From Candidatus Aminicenantes bacterium (lineage in GTDB: Bacteria > Acidobacteriota > Aminicenantia > Aminicenantales > JAFGBC01): a stretch of DNA of 64,000 bases. Each line of letters opens with the position of its first letter. The stretch's first letter is position 1. The DNA is taken from NCBI GenBank assembly GCA_963702005.1, contig OY969696.1, positions 2,592,001 through 2,656,000 of the forward strand, given 5' to 3'. The notes beneath the pieces are model-generated. The model was not told the origin of the DNA and did no database searches. It saw only the letters and a program-made list of their open reading frames with translations. The position numbers were made by a program, and so were the translations under genes. Positions 1 through 8,213 of the stretch are shown here, in pieces.

Positions 1-219
1 GGGGACAGGCTGTGTCTGTACACGGACGGGATAACCGAGAGCCGCAACCAGGATCGGGAGGAATACGGTGAAGAGCGGCTGATCGGACTCCTCAAGGCGA
101 ACCCGGACGAAAGCGCCCGGGAGACGGGGGAGCGGATCGTGGCCGATGTCAAGGCTTTCTCTCTATGCGACGACCCGGAGGACGATATGACGATCGTGGT
201 CGTTAAGAGGAAGGCCTGA
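1..219 (+). CDS. PP2C/SpoIIE (RsbU-like) phosphatase, C-terminal fragment cut by the window edge
   Basis: Frame 1 reads GDRLCLYTDGITESRN...YGEERL...EDDMTIVVVKRKA*. The YTDG and DDxT motifs are typical of SpoIIE, and the gene lies directly upstream of an RsbW-like gene. Confidence 0.88.
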   Translation, partial: GDRLCLYTDGITESRNQDREEYGEERLIGLLKANPDESARETGERIVADVKAFSLCDDPEDDMTIVVVKRKA

Positions 220-242
220 GGAAGCCCGAGGACGGGTGCGGC

Positions 243-683
243 ATGGGACGGGCTATCGAGCGGATCAAGGTCCTGGCGGATCTCGGGGACGTCGACCGGG
301 TCCGGAACGTCCTCAGAAACGCGCTCGAGCGCTGGGGCGTCGACGAAGAGGACGGCTTCAAGATCGAGCTGTCCCTTTATGAAGTCTGCATCAATATCAT
401 TCTCTACGCCTATCCGGGAGGCCGCGGCGAGATCGATGTCCGCCTCTGGATGGAGGGAAACCGGTTCCATCTCGAGGTCCGGGACACCGGCCTGCCCTTC
501 GACCCCCGGAGCCTCGCCCCGCCGGACATCCGCGAGAATATCAGGACGGGGAAGAAGGGCGGCTTGGGCGTCTACCTGGTCCGAACCCTGATGGACGGTT
601 TTTCCTACCGGCGCGAGAAGGAAACCAACGTCCTGACGGTTACCAAAACCCTGAGGCCGAGGAAACCCTCCTCTACGAGCTAA
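243..683 (+). CDS. Anti-sigma factor Ser/Thr kinase (RsbW/SpoIIAB, HATPase_c)
   Basis: GHKL boxes ExxxNxxxYAY, DTGLPFDP and GGLGVYLVRTLMD. Confidence 0.9.
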   Translation: MGRAIERIKVLADLGDVDRVRNVLRNALERWGVDEEDGFKIELSLYEVCINIILYAYPGGRGEIDVRLWMEGNRFHLEVRDTGLPFDPRSLAPPDIRENIRTGKKGGLGVYLVRTLMDGFSYRREKETNVLTVTKTLRPRKPSSTS

Positions 684-713
684 AAGACTGCGCGGCCCCT
701 CCCTGCTTTTCGG

Positions 714-1547
714 TCAGTAAAGAACGTTGGCCTCCCCGTTTTCCTTGATCAGGCGGTCGACCTCGGCCAGGATGAGGTCGCGGCGGATGAGCACGGCGTT
801 GATCTCCTCGTCGCTGAGATACTCCCCGACGGCCGCCCGGATCGTGTCGAAGGTCAGGCCCTTGAGCTTATCGACGAAGGCCCGGGGGAGCTCCTTCATG
901 AGCTTGGGGCCTTCGGGATGCTTGGCCGTATAGATAAGCTCCTTGGTAAATTTTTTTGAAGTGCGGAAGGAACGCGAGTGATCGATGAGGATCATCCGCC
1001 AGTCCGGCTGGGTGATCAGGATCTGGTTCATGTGGCGGTCCTCGTTCGCGATCAGGTTGTCGAAAGCCCGCTGGAGGTAAGTGCTCCGGTTCCAGGCAAA
1101 GACGTGGATGGGCGGCGTCTTGATCTTCTTTTCTTCTTTTTGTTTCAGGGACAGGCAATCCTCGATCCAGAGCTGGCAGGAGCCGCGGTTTTCGTGGAAG
1201 CGCCTCTCGACCGTGGGCGGGACGCGGCCGAGATCGAGAAGCTTGTCCATGAGATAGGCCGCGATCTCGAATTGCCATCCTTCGATATAGCCGGACATCC
1301 GGCCCTGGGCGTTCTTCCAAAGAGCGCGGTGGACGATGTCGCCCTTTTTAAGGGTCAACTCCCACGGGCTGGTTACAGACTCAGGACCGACCATCTGTTT
1401 ACTGGCGATGATGTCGGCCGTCCTCAGGAACTCCTCCCATTGAGGCCGTTCCGCGATCTCCTCGGGCAGGAACTGGGCCCGGAGAGCTGGGGCGACGGTT
1501 AAAAAGGCCAGCGCGATCAGGGAAAGATAAACCGGCTTTTTGTTCAT
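714..1547 (-). CDS. Exported PI3K/PI4K/Fam20-fold kinase-like protein, paralogue 1
   Basis: Signal peptide MNKKPVYLSLIALAFLTVAPALRA. Motifs ALWK, EIAAY, VPPTVER, GSCQLW, FDNLIANEDRH and LIDHSRSF. GGAGGG RBS before the ATG at 1547. Confidence 0.75.
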   Translation of the reverse strand: MNKKPVYLSLIALAFLTVAPALRAQFLPEEIAERPQWEEFLRTADIIASKQMVGPESVTSPWELTLKKGDIVHRALWKNAQGRMSGYIEGWQFEIAAYLMDKLLDLGRVPPTVERRFHENRGSCQLWIEDCLSLKQKEEKKIKTPPIHVFAWNRSTYLQRAFDNLIANEDRHMNQILITQPDWRMILIDHSRSFRTSKKFTKELIYTAKHPEGPKLMKELPRAFVDKLKGLTFDTIRAAVGEYLSDEEINAVLIRRDLILAEVDRLIKENGEANVLY

Positions 1548-1596
1548 ACTCCCTCCCTCCATCCGACGTCCATTCTATCTCCGCGGCGCCGCGGAT

Positions 1597-2418
1597 TCAA
1601 TACAGAACCTTATCCTCTCCATTGGCCCGGATCATGTCCTCGATCTCTTTGAGGACGAGGTCCTTGCGGGCCAGGACGGCCTGGATTTCCTCGTCGCTCA
1701 AGTACGGCCCCACCGCCGTCCGGACGCTTTCGAAGGTCAGGGATTTGATGCGATCCACGAAGGCGCGGGGAAGGCGGCGGAAAAGGAGGGGGCGAGGCTT
1801 AGCGCCCTGGCCGTAGAGGAGCCGATTGCTGAATTCGGGGCCTTTTCGGAAAGAGCGTGAGTGATCGATGAGAATGCTCCGCCAATCCTTGGTATAGAGC
1901 ATGTTTTGCTGGGTCCGGTCCTCGTTGGCGATGAGGCTGTCGAAGGCCCTGATCAGATATTTGGCTTTCTCGGTCCGGTCCAGGAACTCGTCGGGGATTC
2001 TTATATTATTTTCCGCGACCTTGAGAAGGCTCGTCTCGACCGTCGCCCAGAATTGAAGGGATCCTTTTTTGCCCAGGTACTCCCGTTCGACGGTCGGCGG
2101 GATCATGTCGAGTCCGAGGAGTTTATCCATCCGATAGGCCGCGATTTCGTACTGCCAGCCCTCCCAGAAGCCGAGCTGCCAGCCGCTGGGGTTCTTCCAA
2201 GCGGCCCGCTCCTCCCGGCCGTCCTTGCGGAGCGTGAGCCGAATGGGTTTGGTGACGCCCTCGGGGATATCCTCCGCCTTGACGATTTCGGCCGAGGCCA
2301 GGAAATCCTCGATGGCTTCCCTTTGAGCGATCTCCTCCGGCCTGAACTGGGCGAATGCGGCCGAGGCCAATGCCACTAGGACAATCGTAGCGGGACGTCG
2401 GATGGTTCGGAGTTTCAT
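1597..2418 (-). CDS. Exported PI3K/PI4K/Fam20-fold kinase-like protein, paralogue 2
   Basis: Signal peptide MKLRTIRRPATIVLVALASAAFA. Motifs GVT, AAWK, EIAAY, IPPTVER, GSLQFW, FDSLIANEDRTQQN and LIDHSRSF. Clearly collinear with paralogue 1. Confidence 0.75.
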   Translation of the reverse strand: MKLRTIRRPATIVLVALASAAFAQFRPEEIAQREAIEDFLASAEIVKAEDIPEGVTKPIRLTLRKDGREERAAWKNPSGWQLGFWEGWQYEIAAYRMDKLLGLDMIPPTVEREYLGKKGSLQFWATVETSLLKVAENNIRIPDEFLDRTEKAKYLIRAFDSLIANEDRTQQNMLYTKDWRSILIDHSRSFRKGPEFSNRLLYGQGAKPRPLLFRRLPRAFVDRIKSLTFESVRTAVGPYLSDEEIQAVLARKDLVLKEIEDMIRANGEDKVLY

Positions 2419-2528
2419 GTCCTTCTTCCCTGGGAGAATTCGTCTGGAATCTATATAGCATATCCGAACCCGCAAATCCACCAAGTTGTGTTGACAGGGC
2501 TTTTTCGGTTGGTGTAGAGTGGTTCCTC

Positions 2529-3395
2529 GTGTTTGCCAAAAAAGCGTTCGCCGCCGTCCTCTCGCTGGTTCCCATCCTCCTGCCGGCGGCCTGCGCGCCG
2601 CGCCTCGCGCCCACGATTCTCTTTCCTTATCAATGGCCGGGGAAGCCGGGCTTCGACGGAAACATCGACCGGATTGGGATCGAGGGGCCTTCCGGTATCG
2701 TATTCCATCCCGGCCGCAACACTCTCTTCATCGTCGGGGACAAAGGTCTCATCGCCGAGATCGCTAAGGACGGCACGCCTGTCTTTAGCCAGCCCCTGCC
2801 CGGTGACCTGGAGGGGATCACGGTCGATCCGGCGACCGGGCTCTTGTATATCGTCGTCGAGGGGGACGACGTCATCCTCGAATTCGACCCGGAGCGGCGG
2901 ACCGTCCTGCGCCGTTTTCCGATCAACCGGGCCTTTGGGGGCTGTCCCGAATTTTTGGAGAAGCAGCGGGACAGGTACGACGACGGCATCGAGTCGATCG
3001 CCTGGATCGCGAACCCGTCCCATCCCGAAGGAGGAACCTTCTATATCGGGAATCAATGGGACCCGCCGGTCATCATCGAAGTCGAGGTTCCTCTCCGGTC
3101 GCGGGCGGCCGGGCCGGCCGAGGCCCGCATCGTCCGCGTCCTTCCCACTAAGATCGCCGACCCGGCCGACATGTACTACGACGCCCGGACGCGCCGCTTG
3201 AACGTCGTCTGCGACGCCGACAACATCCTTCTCGAGATCACGCTCTCCGGCCGAATCGTCGCTCAGTATGCGTTTCCCGGAGACAGTCAAGAAGGACTGG
3301 CCAGGGACGATGAAGGATACCTCTACCTGGCCCAGGATAACGGGGGGATCTTCAAGCTTAAGGATCTCAGGACCCCGGCGGCCCGCCGGAAGTGA
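2529..3395 (+). CDS. SdiA-regulated/YjiK-like beta-propeller lipoprotein
   Basis: Lipobox-like LPAAC. Repeated PSGI, DLEGIT, GIESIA and QEGLA propeller motifs. Confidence 0.7.
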   Translation: MFAKKAFAAVLSLVPILLPAACAPRLAPTILFPYQWPGKPGFDGNIDRIGIEGPSGIVFHPGRNTLFIVGDKGLIAEIAKDGTPVFSQPLPGDLEGITVDPATGLLYIVVEGDDVILEFDPERRTVLRRFPINRAFGGCPEFLEKQRDRYDDGIESIAWIANPSHPEGGTFYIGNQWDPPVIIEVEVPLRSRAAGPAEARIVRVLPTKIADPADMYYDARTRRLNVVCDADNILLEITLSGRIVAQYAFPGDSQEGLARDDEGYLYLAQDNGGIFKLKDLRTPAARRK

Positions 3396-4743
3396 GTTTT
3401 CTATGCTCGCGGGCGATCAGGATGCCCAGGGCGATCCAGACGGCAACGACGGCCAAGTTGAACTTGGCGAAACCCTCGATCTTGAAGGCGAAGACGCTCG
3501 TCCCTAAAAGGACGGTCAAGGCGGACAGGACGTCCCCGGACCGGTGAAAGAACGTGTCGATGGCCGCCTTGGCCTTGTATTTGGCCTCCCGTGACGTGAT
3601 CAGGAATAGGGCGTGACGCGTCGTGTTCATCAGGGAGTAGTCGGTGGCGTTCTCGACGGCCTTGGTCCATTTCACGGCCAGCAACGTTGCACCCAAGCTT
3701 ACCGCCGCGTAGCCGCCGAAGGCCAGGACGGGGAGGAAGAATAGGGCGCCTCGGACGCCGACCGCTCTGAAGATCCGGGAGACCAGGAAGAGCTGTATGA
3801 CGACGGCGAGCAGGTTGAAGACCGTGAAGAAATCCGCATAGAGCTGACCCAGGTAATCGACCGTGCTCAAGCCGCCCATCGTCCCCGCCGCCGCCGCCGC
3901 CTGGGCGGCTCGGCTGAAGACCCGGTCCAGAATGTATTGGCCATTCGTGTTGACGAGGTTCAAGACCATTATGAATAAGGCGATCAGGAGAAGGTAGCGG
4001 CTCGAGAAGAGAAGACGGAAACCTCCGCCCTTGGCGAGGGGTTTTTCTCCGAGGGCTTGGGCCTCCCGTGACTTCAGGCGGATCCGGTCGACCTCCCTGC
4101 GGTGGACGACCAGGGTCAGGAGGATACAGATGCTGAGCACGGCGCCGGCCACGATCATCATCGCGTAGCAGCCGAGCGAGGCGACCAAAACCTTGACGAT
4201 CGCGCTTCCGGTCAGGGCCCCAAAGGTCGCACCGAAGGCGATGAGAGGAAAGAGCCTTCGGCCTTCGGCTTCCGTGTAGATGTCGTTGGCGAACCCCCAG
4301 AATTGGGCGGGAAGCATGACGCTGAAAACGCCCGCCCAGACGAAGAAGGCGATCCCCATCGTGCCCAGCGGCGTCCCGAAGAGATAGAGGCCGTAGAAGA
4401 GGACGAGGTTGCTTATAAAGAAGACGAGGACGGTGGCGATGAGTTTTTGGCGGGGGACACGGGAGGCGAGATGGCTGAAGGCCTTGACGGCGAAGACGAG
4501 GACCACGGCCGTCGCGGCGGACAGGTAGCTCTTATATTCGGCGCCCTTCCCGGCGTTGATCAGGGCGTCCCGGACGGGTTTGACGATGTAGTAGCAGGTC
4601 ATAAGGAGGTAGACGTTCAGGACAAGGAGGACGGCCGTGGAGGCCTCGCCGGGATGGACTTCCGAGAACAGCCGCAGGAACCGATAGAGGGGCGGCTCGG
4701 GCTTCGGGAGCGCGGCCGACCTCTCGTTCTTTTCCAAGGTCAA
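3367..4743 (-). CDS. Nucleotide transporter, TLC/Npt ATP:ADP antiporter family
   Basis: About 12 hydrophobic segments. Motifs YYIVKPVRDAL, QFWGFANDIY..EGRRLFPLI, DYSL and KYKAKAAIDTFFHRSGD. The TTG start overlaps the upstream stop. Confidence 0.85.
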   Translation of the reverse strand: MTLEKNERSAALPKPEPPLYRFLRLFSEVHPGEASTAVLLVLNVYLLMTCYYIVKPVRDALINAGKGAEYKSYLSAATAVVLVFAVKAFSHLASRVPRQKLIATVLVFFISNLVLFYGLYLFGTPLGTMGIAFFVWAGVFSVMLPAQFWGFANDIYTEAEGRRLFPLIAFGATFGALTGSAIVKVLVASLGCYAMMIVAGAVLSICILLTLVVHRREVDRIRLKSREAQALGEKPLAKGGGFRLLFSSRYLLLIALFIMVLNLVNTNGQYILDRVFSRAAQAAAAAGTMGGLSTVDYLGQLYADFFTVFNLLAVVIQLFLVSRIFRAVGVRGALFFLPVLAFGGYAAVSLGATLLAVKWTKAVENATDYSLMNTTRHALFLITSREAKYKAKAAIDTFFHRSGDVLSALTVLLGTSVFAFKIEGFAKFNLAVVAVWIALGILIAREHRKLTSGGPPGS

Positions 4744-5564
4744 TTCCTTCCGGCCGGGGGACCGAACAGGACGGCCGCTTCGCCCTTGTCCTTGATGAGA
4801 CCTTCCAGCGCGTCCAGGATGCGTCCCGTCCTCTTCGCCATCGCCCGGAGCTCGGCGTCGTTGAGAAATGCCCCGAGGGTCGCTTGAAGCTTTTTGAGAT
4901 CAAGATGCCGCAGCGTCTCGAACAAGGCCCGGGAGCAGCGCGTGACCTCGCAGCCGGGGATCAGGGCGGGCTCGGGCGAAAACGCCTCCGAGAAATCGAC
5001 TCGGCAGATCTTCCAATTGTCCTTGTGGACGAAGGTGTCCTCCAGGTTTCCGCACTCGTTGAAGACCAGGTTTTCGAAGATTCTGATCTCGGCCAGGGCG
5101 TCCCGGAACGCCGCCGGGTCCGGAGGAGAGATCCCGCGTCTTTTCAGGTCCCTGAATTTCACGCAGTTCTCGAGGAAAAGCTGGAGCGATCCCGGCACTT
5201 CGTCGATCGTCCGCTCGACGATGGGCGGGATGATCCGGAGGCCGACGAGCTTGGACAGCCCATAGGCCGCGAGCTCGTAGTGGTAGCTGTCGGGAAGGAG
5301 GGCCGGCCGCTTCCGGTCGACGTACTTAAAAATGGCCCGGCGCTCGACGACCCCGTCGCTCAAGGTGATGATCCAGGGGGCGGTCCGGCCTCCGGCCCCG
5401 CTTTTGTCGATGGAAACGACGCGGGCCGATCCCAGGAAAGCTTCCAGGGCGGCCGGATCGGGTTCGTCCTGCGCTCTCATGCCGGCCAAGCTTAGAGCCG
5501 GAACGCACGCCCAAACGACACCGGCCAGGAGCATCCCGACTCTCAAAAACGCGCTATTATTCAT
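4740..5564 (-). CDS. Exported kinase-like paralogue 3, probable pseudokinase
   Basis: Signal peptide. Motifs GRT, AIFK, ELAAY, IPPIVER and GSLQLF. The catalytic loop NEDR(H) is replaced by NECGNLED and IDH by VDF. Confidence 0.7.
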   Translation of the reverse strand: MNNSAFLRVGMLLAGVVWACVPALSLAGMRAQDEPDPAALEAFLGSARVVSIDKSGAGGRTAPWIITLSDGVVERRAIFKYVDRKRPALLPDSYHYELAAYGLSKLVGLRIIPPIVERTIDEVPGSLQLFLENCVKFRDLKRRGISPPDPAAFRDALAEIRIFENLVFNECGNLEDTFVHKDNWKICRVDFSEAFSPEPALIPGCEVTRCSRALFETLRHLDLKKLQATLGAFLNDAELRAMAKRTGRILDALEGLIKDKGEAAVLFGPPAGRN

Positions 5565-6657
5565 CCCCCTCCCCCCAGACCGAGAATTGTCCTTTGTCTA
5601 TGATGAGGGCGCTCAGGCGGCCTCCGTAAAAATGTGTGATTCCGGTGTCGATAATCCAGATCCGCTTCTGGAACCGGCTCATATATTCCATGGCGACCGG
5701 GCTTCCGATTTGAGGGGAATGCGCGATGACCATATAATGGGCCTTCAGGTTGGCGAAGATTTGGTCGACTTCGGGGGCGAACTCGTTCTCGTCCCGTTGA
5801 GCCAGGTCCCGGTACCAGAGGGGGCCGAACCGGTCATAGATGACCTGTGGATGGAACAGACGCATGACCCGGGGACTCTTGACGGGTACGCTCAGAAAAG
5901 AAAGCTCTTCGCGGAGGACATCGTTGATCCGAGCCAGGTCCCAGGTCGAATATTTAGGGCTGACACCGCCGTGGACGAAGATGACGTCGTTGATTTTCTC
6001 TATGCAGTTTTTCTTCAAGAACCAAGGGCCGTAGTCCTCGAGAAAACCGCTGAAGTAGGCGGACTGGGCCTCCTTATCGGTCTTCATCGTTTTTGTCCAA
6101 TAGCCCGTCAGCATGGGGGAGTATTCCGGGTTGGCCTCTTTCGTCGGGCTGCCGTCGCCGATTATGCCTTTGAGGACATCCCGCTCACGGCTCTCTCGGA
6201 AGTCCCGGGGAAGGAACGACAGGAACTGCTCCAAAGTCACGAGGTCCGGATAGTCGAAAACGATGCCGATAAGGTTCAGGATCTCGTGGTTGCCGAGCAG
6301 GACATGGATTTTTCCCCCCGCTAAAGCGGCTTCGACCTCGAGTCTCATCAACAGGTCCAGGATTTTCCGGGCGTCGGGCCCTCGGTCCATAATGTCTCCG
6401 GTTTGGATCAGGTGGATCTGTCCCCCCGCCCAGTGGAGGCCTTCATCGACGAGCCCGGTCCCCTTCAGGATAGCGACGAAGTTCCCGTAGTCGCCGTGGA
6501 GGTCGCCGACGGCAACGATTTTTTCGACGCCGGTCCAAACGCAGGGTCTATCGGAAGCGCGAAGGGGGGAGAAGGCGACGGCCAGGACGAAGACAAGGAC
6601 GATGGGCAGAAAGGGTAGGCCGAGCCATCGTCTTCGGGTTTTGGGTGGTCTCGGCAT
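5557..6657 (-). CDS. Exported calcineurin-like metallophosphoesterase (PPP/Shewanella-like phosphatase)
   Basis: Motifs GDLHGD, GDIMDRG, GNHE, FVHGG, GPLWYR, AHS and IDTG. Basic/hydrophobic N-terminus ending LRA. GGAG RBS before the ATG at 6657. Confidence 0.88.
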   Translation of the reverse strand: MPRPPKTRRRWLGLPFLPIVLVFVLAVAFSPLRASDRPCVWTGVEKIVAVGDLHGDYGNFVAILKGTGLVDEGLHWAGGQIHLIQTGDIMDRGPDARKILDLLMRLEVEAALAGGKIHVLLGNHEILNLIGIVFDYPDLVTLEQFLSFLPRDFRESRERDVLKGIIGDGSPTKEANPEYSPMLTGYWTKTMKTDKEAQSAYFSGFLEDYGPWFLKKNCIEKINDVIFVHGGVSPKYSTWDLARINDVLREELSFLSVPVKSPRVMRLFHPQVIYDRFGPLWYRDLAQRDENEFAPEVDQIFANLKAHYMVIAHSPQIGSPVAMEYMSRFQKRIWIIDTGITHFYGGRLSALIIDKGQFSVWGEGDE

Positions 6658-6763
6658 CGATACTCCAAAACCCATTTATAGTAGATTGGCTGGGACAAAT
6701 CAATAGCGGTTTGATTTTCGGAACGATCGGGACGATAATGAATCTCCGTCAAAGGAGGATGCC

Positions 6764-8110
6764 ATGAAAAGAAGCTCCCGACCCGGGGGCCGTTGCTCCC
6801 GACTCGGGTGCGGACTGGCCGCGGCCGTCTTCTTGTTCCCCTCCTGCGGCGCCGGGAGCGTCCCCGGGAAGTCCCCGGCTCCCTCGAGCCCCGCCGTCCG
6901 GAACGGAATCGAGGTCTTTCTCGCCAAGCTCCCGGACTTCGTGAAGGGAAAGCGGCTTGGCCTCATTACCAACCCGACGGGCGTTGCGAGCGACCTTCGC
7001 TCCACGGTAAAGCTTCTCAAGGCCGTTCCGGGAATCAAGCTGGTCGCCCTCTACGGGCCCGAACACGGCGTCCGGGGAAACGCCCAGGCGGGCGAGAGCG
7101 TTCCGTTCTATTTCGACGAAAAGTTCGGAGTCCCCGTTTTCAGCCTTTACGGCCAATCCACGAAGCCCGCCCCCGGGATGCTCAAGAACATCGACGAATA
7201 CATGCGATCGTTCGACACCAAGGACACGGGCAAGCTCCCGGAAGCGTCCATGGTCGAGGATGTCGATATGCTCATCTACGACATCCAGGACGTCGGAACC
7301 CGGATCTATACCTATGTCGCGACCATGGCCTACGCCATGCAGGCCTGCGCCGAAAGCGGCATCGATTTCGTCGTCCTGGACCGGCCCAACCCGATCAACG
7401 GGCTGGACATGGAAGGCCCCATCCTCGAGTATCCCGCCTACAGCTCTTTCGTCGGGCTCTATCCGATACCGCTCCGCCACGGGATGACGATCGGCGAGCT
7501 GGCCCGCCTCTTCAACGACCGCTTCCTGGCCAAGAAAGCCCGATTGACCGTGGTGCCGGCCGAAGGCTGGAAGCGGGAGATGTGGTACGACGATACGGGT
7601 TTGCCCTGGGTCATTCCTTCGCCCAACATGCCCACCCTTGACACCGCCGCGGTCTATCCCGGCCAGGGCTTATTCGAAGGGACGAACGTCTCGGAGGGGC
7701 GGGGGACGACCAGGCCCTTTGAGCTCTTCGGAGCCCCTTGGGTTGACGGATTTGAGCTGGCCCGGGCCCTCAACGGCCTCGGCCTTCCCGGCGTTAAGTT
7801 CCGGGAAGCTTGGTTCACGCCGACCTTTTCCAAATTTAAGGGTCAATCCTGCGGAGGATGCCAGATCCATATCATTGATCGTACAGCCTATCGTCCCTTG
7901 GCGACGACGCTCCACATCATCCGGGTCTTGAGCGAGATGTATCCCGACCGGTTCGAATTCCACAAGGATTATTTCGACAAGGTCATGGGCACGTCCCGAG
8001 TCCGCGAGGCCCTTGAAAAGGGGACTTCCGTTCCGGCCATCTTGGAGAGCTTCAAGGCCGGCCTGGCCGAGTTCGGGAAGCTCCGTCGGCCTTACCTGCT
8101 CTATGAATAG
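6764..8110 (+). CDS. namZ: Exo-beta-N-acetylmuramidase NamZ (DUF1343) family
   Basis: Motifs GLITNPTG, YGPEHG, DIQDVGTRIYTY, LDRPNP, PSPNMP and EGTNVSEGRGTT. Confidence 0.88.
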   Translation: MKRSSRPGGRCSRLGCGLAAAVFLFPSCGAGSVPGKSPAPSSPAVRNGIEVFLAKLPDFVKGKRLGLITNPTGVASDLRSTVKLLKAVPGIKLVALYGPEHGVRGNAQAGESVPFYFDEKFGVPVFSLYGQSTKPAPGMLKNIDEYMRSFDTKDTGKLPEASMVEDVDMLIYDIQDVGTRIYTYVATMAYAMQACAESGIDFVVLDRPNPINGLDMEGPILEYPAYSSFVGLYPIPLRHGMTIGELARLFNDRFLAKKARLTVVPAEGWKREMWYDDTGLPWVIPSPNMPTLDTAAVYPGQGLFEGTNVSEGRGTTRPFELFGAPWVDGFELARALNGLGLPGVKFREAWFTPTFSKFKGQSCGGCQIHIIDRTAYRPLATTLHIIRVLSEMYPDRFEFHKDYFDKVMGTSRVREALEKGTSVPAILESFKAGLAEFGKLRRPYLLYE

Positions 8111-8213
8111 CCCGAACGGCCTGAATTGAATGAGGGCTGATTTTCCATTACAATGGTCCCTTTCCGGCGGCGCTCGCCCCGGGCGTCGTCCCAACTCATG
8201 AGAAGCGAGGTCA

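Noticed and set aside
3367-4743. Translocase as evidence of an energy-parasitic lifestyle
   Set aside because: The window is rich in catabolic, biosynthetic and defence genes and shows no genome reduction. TLC homologues also occur in free-living bacteria.
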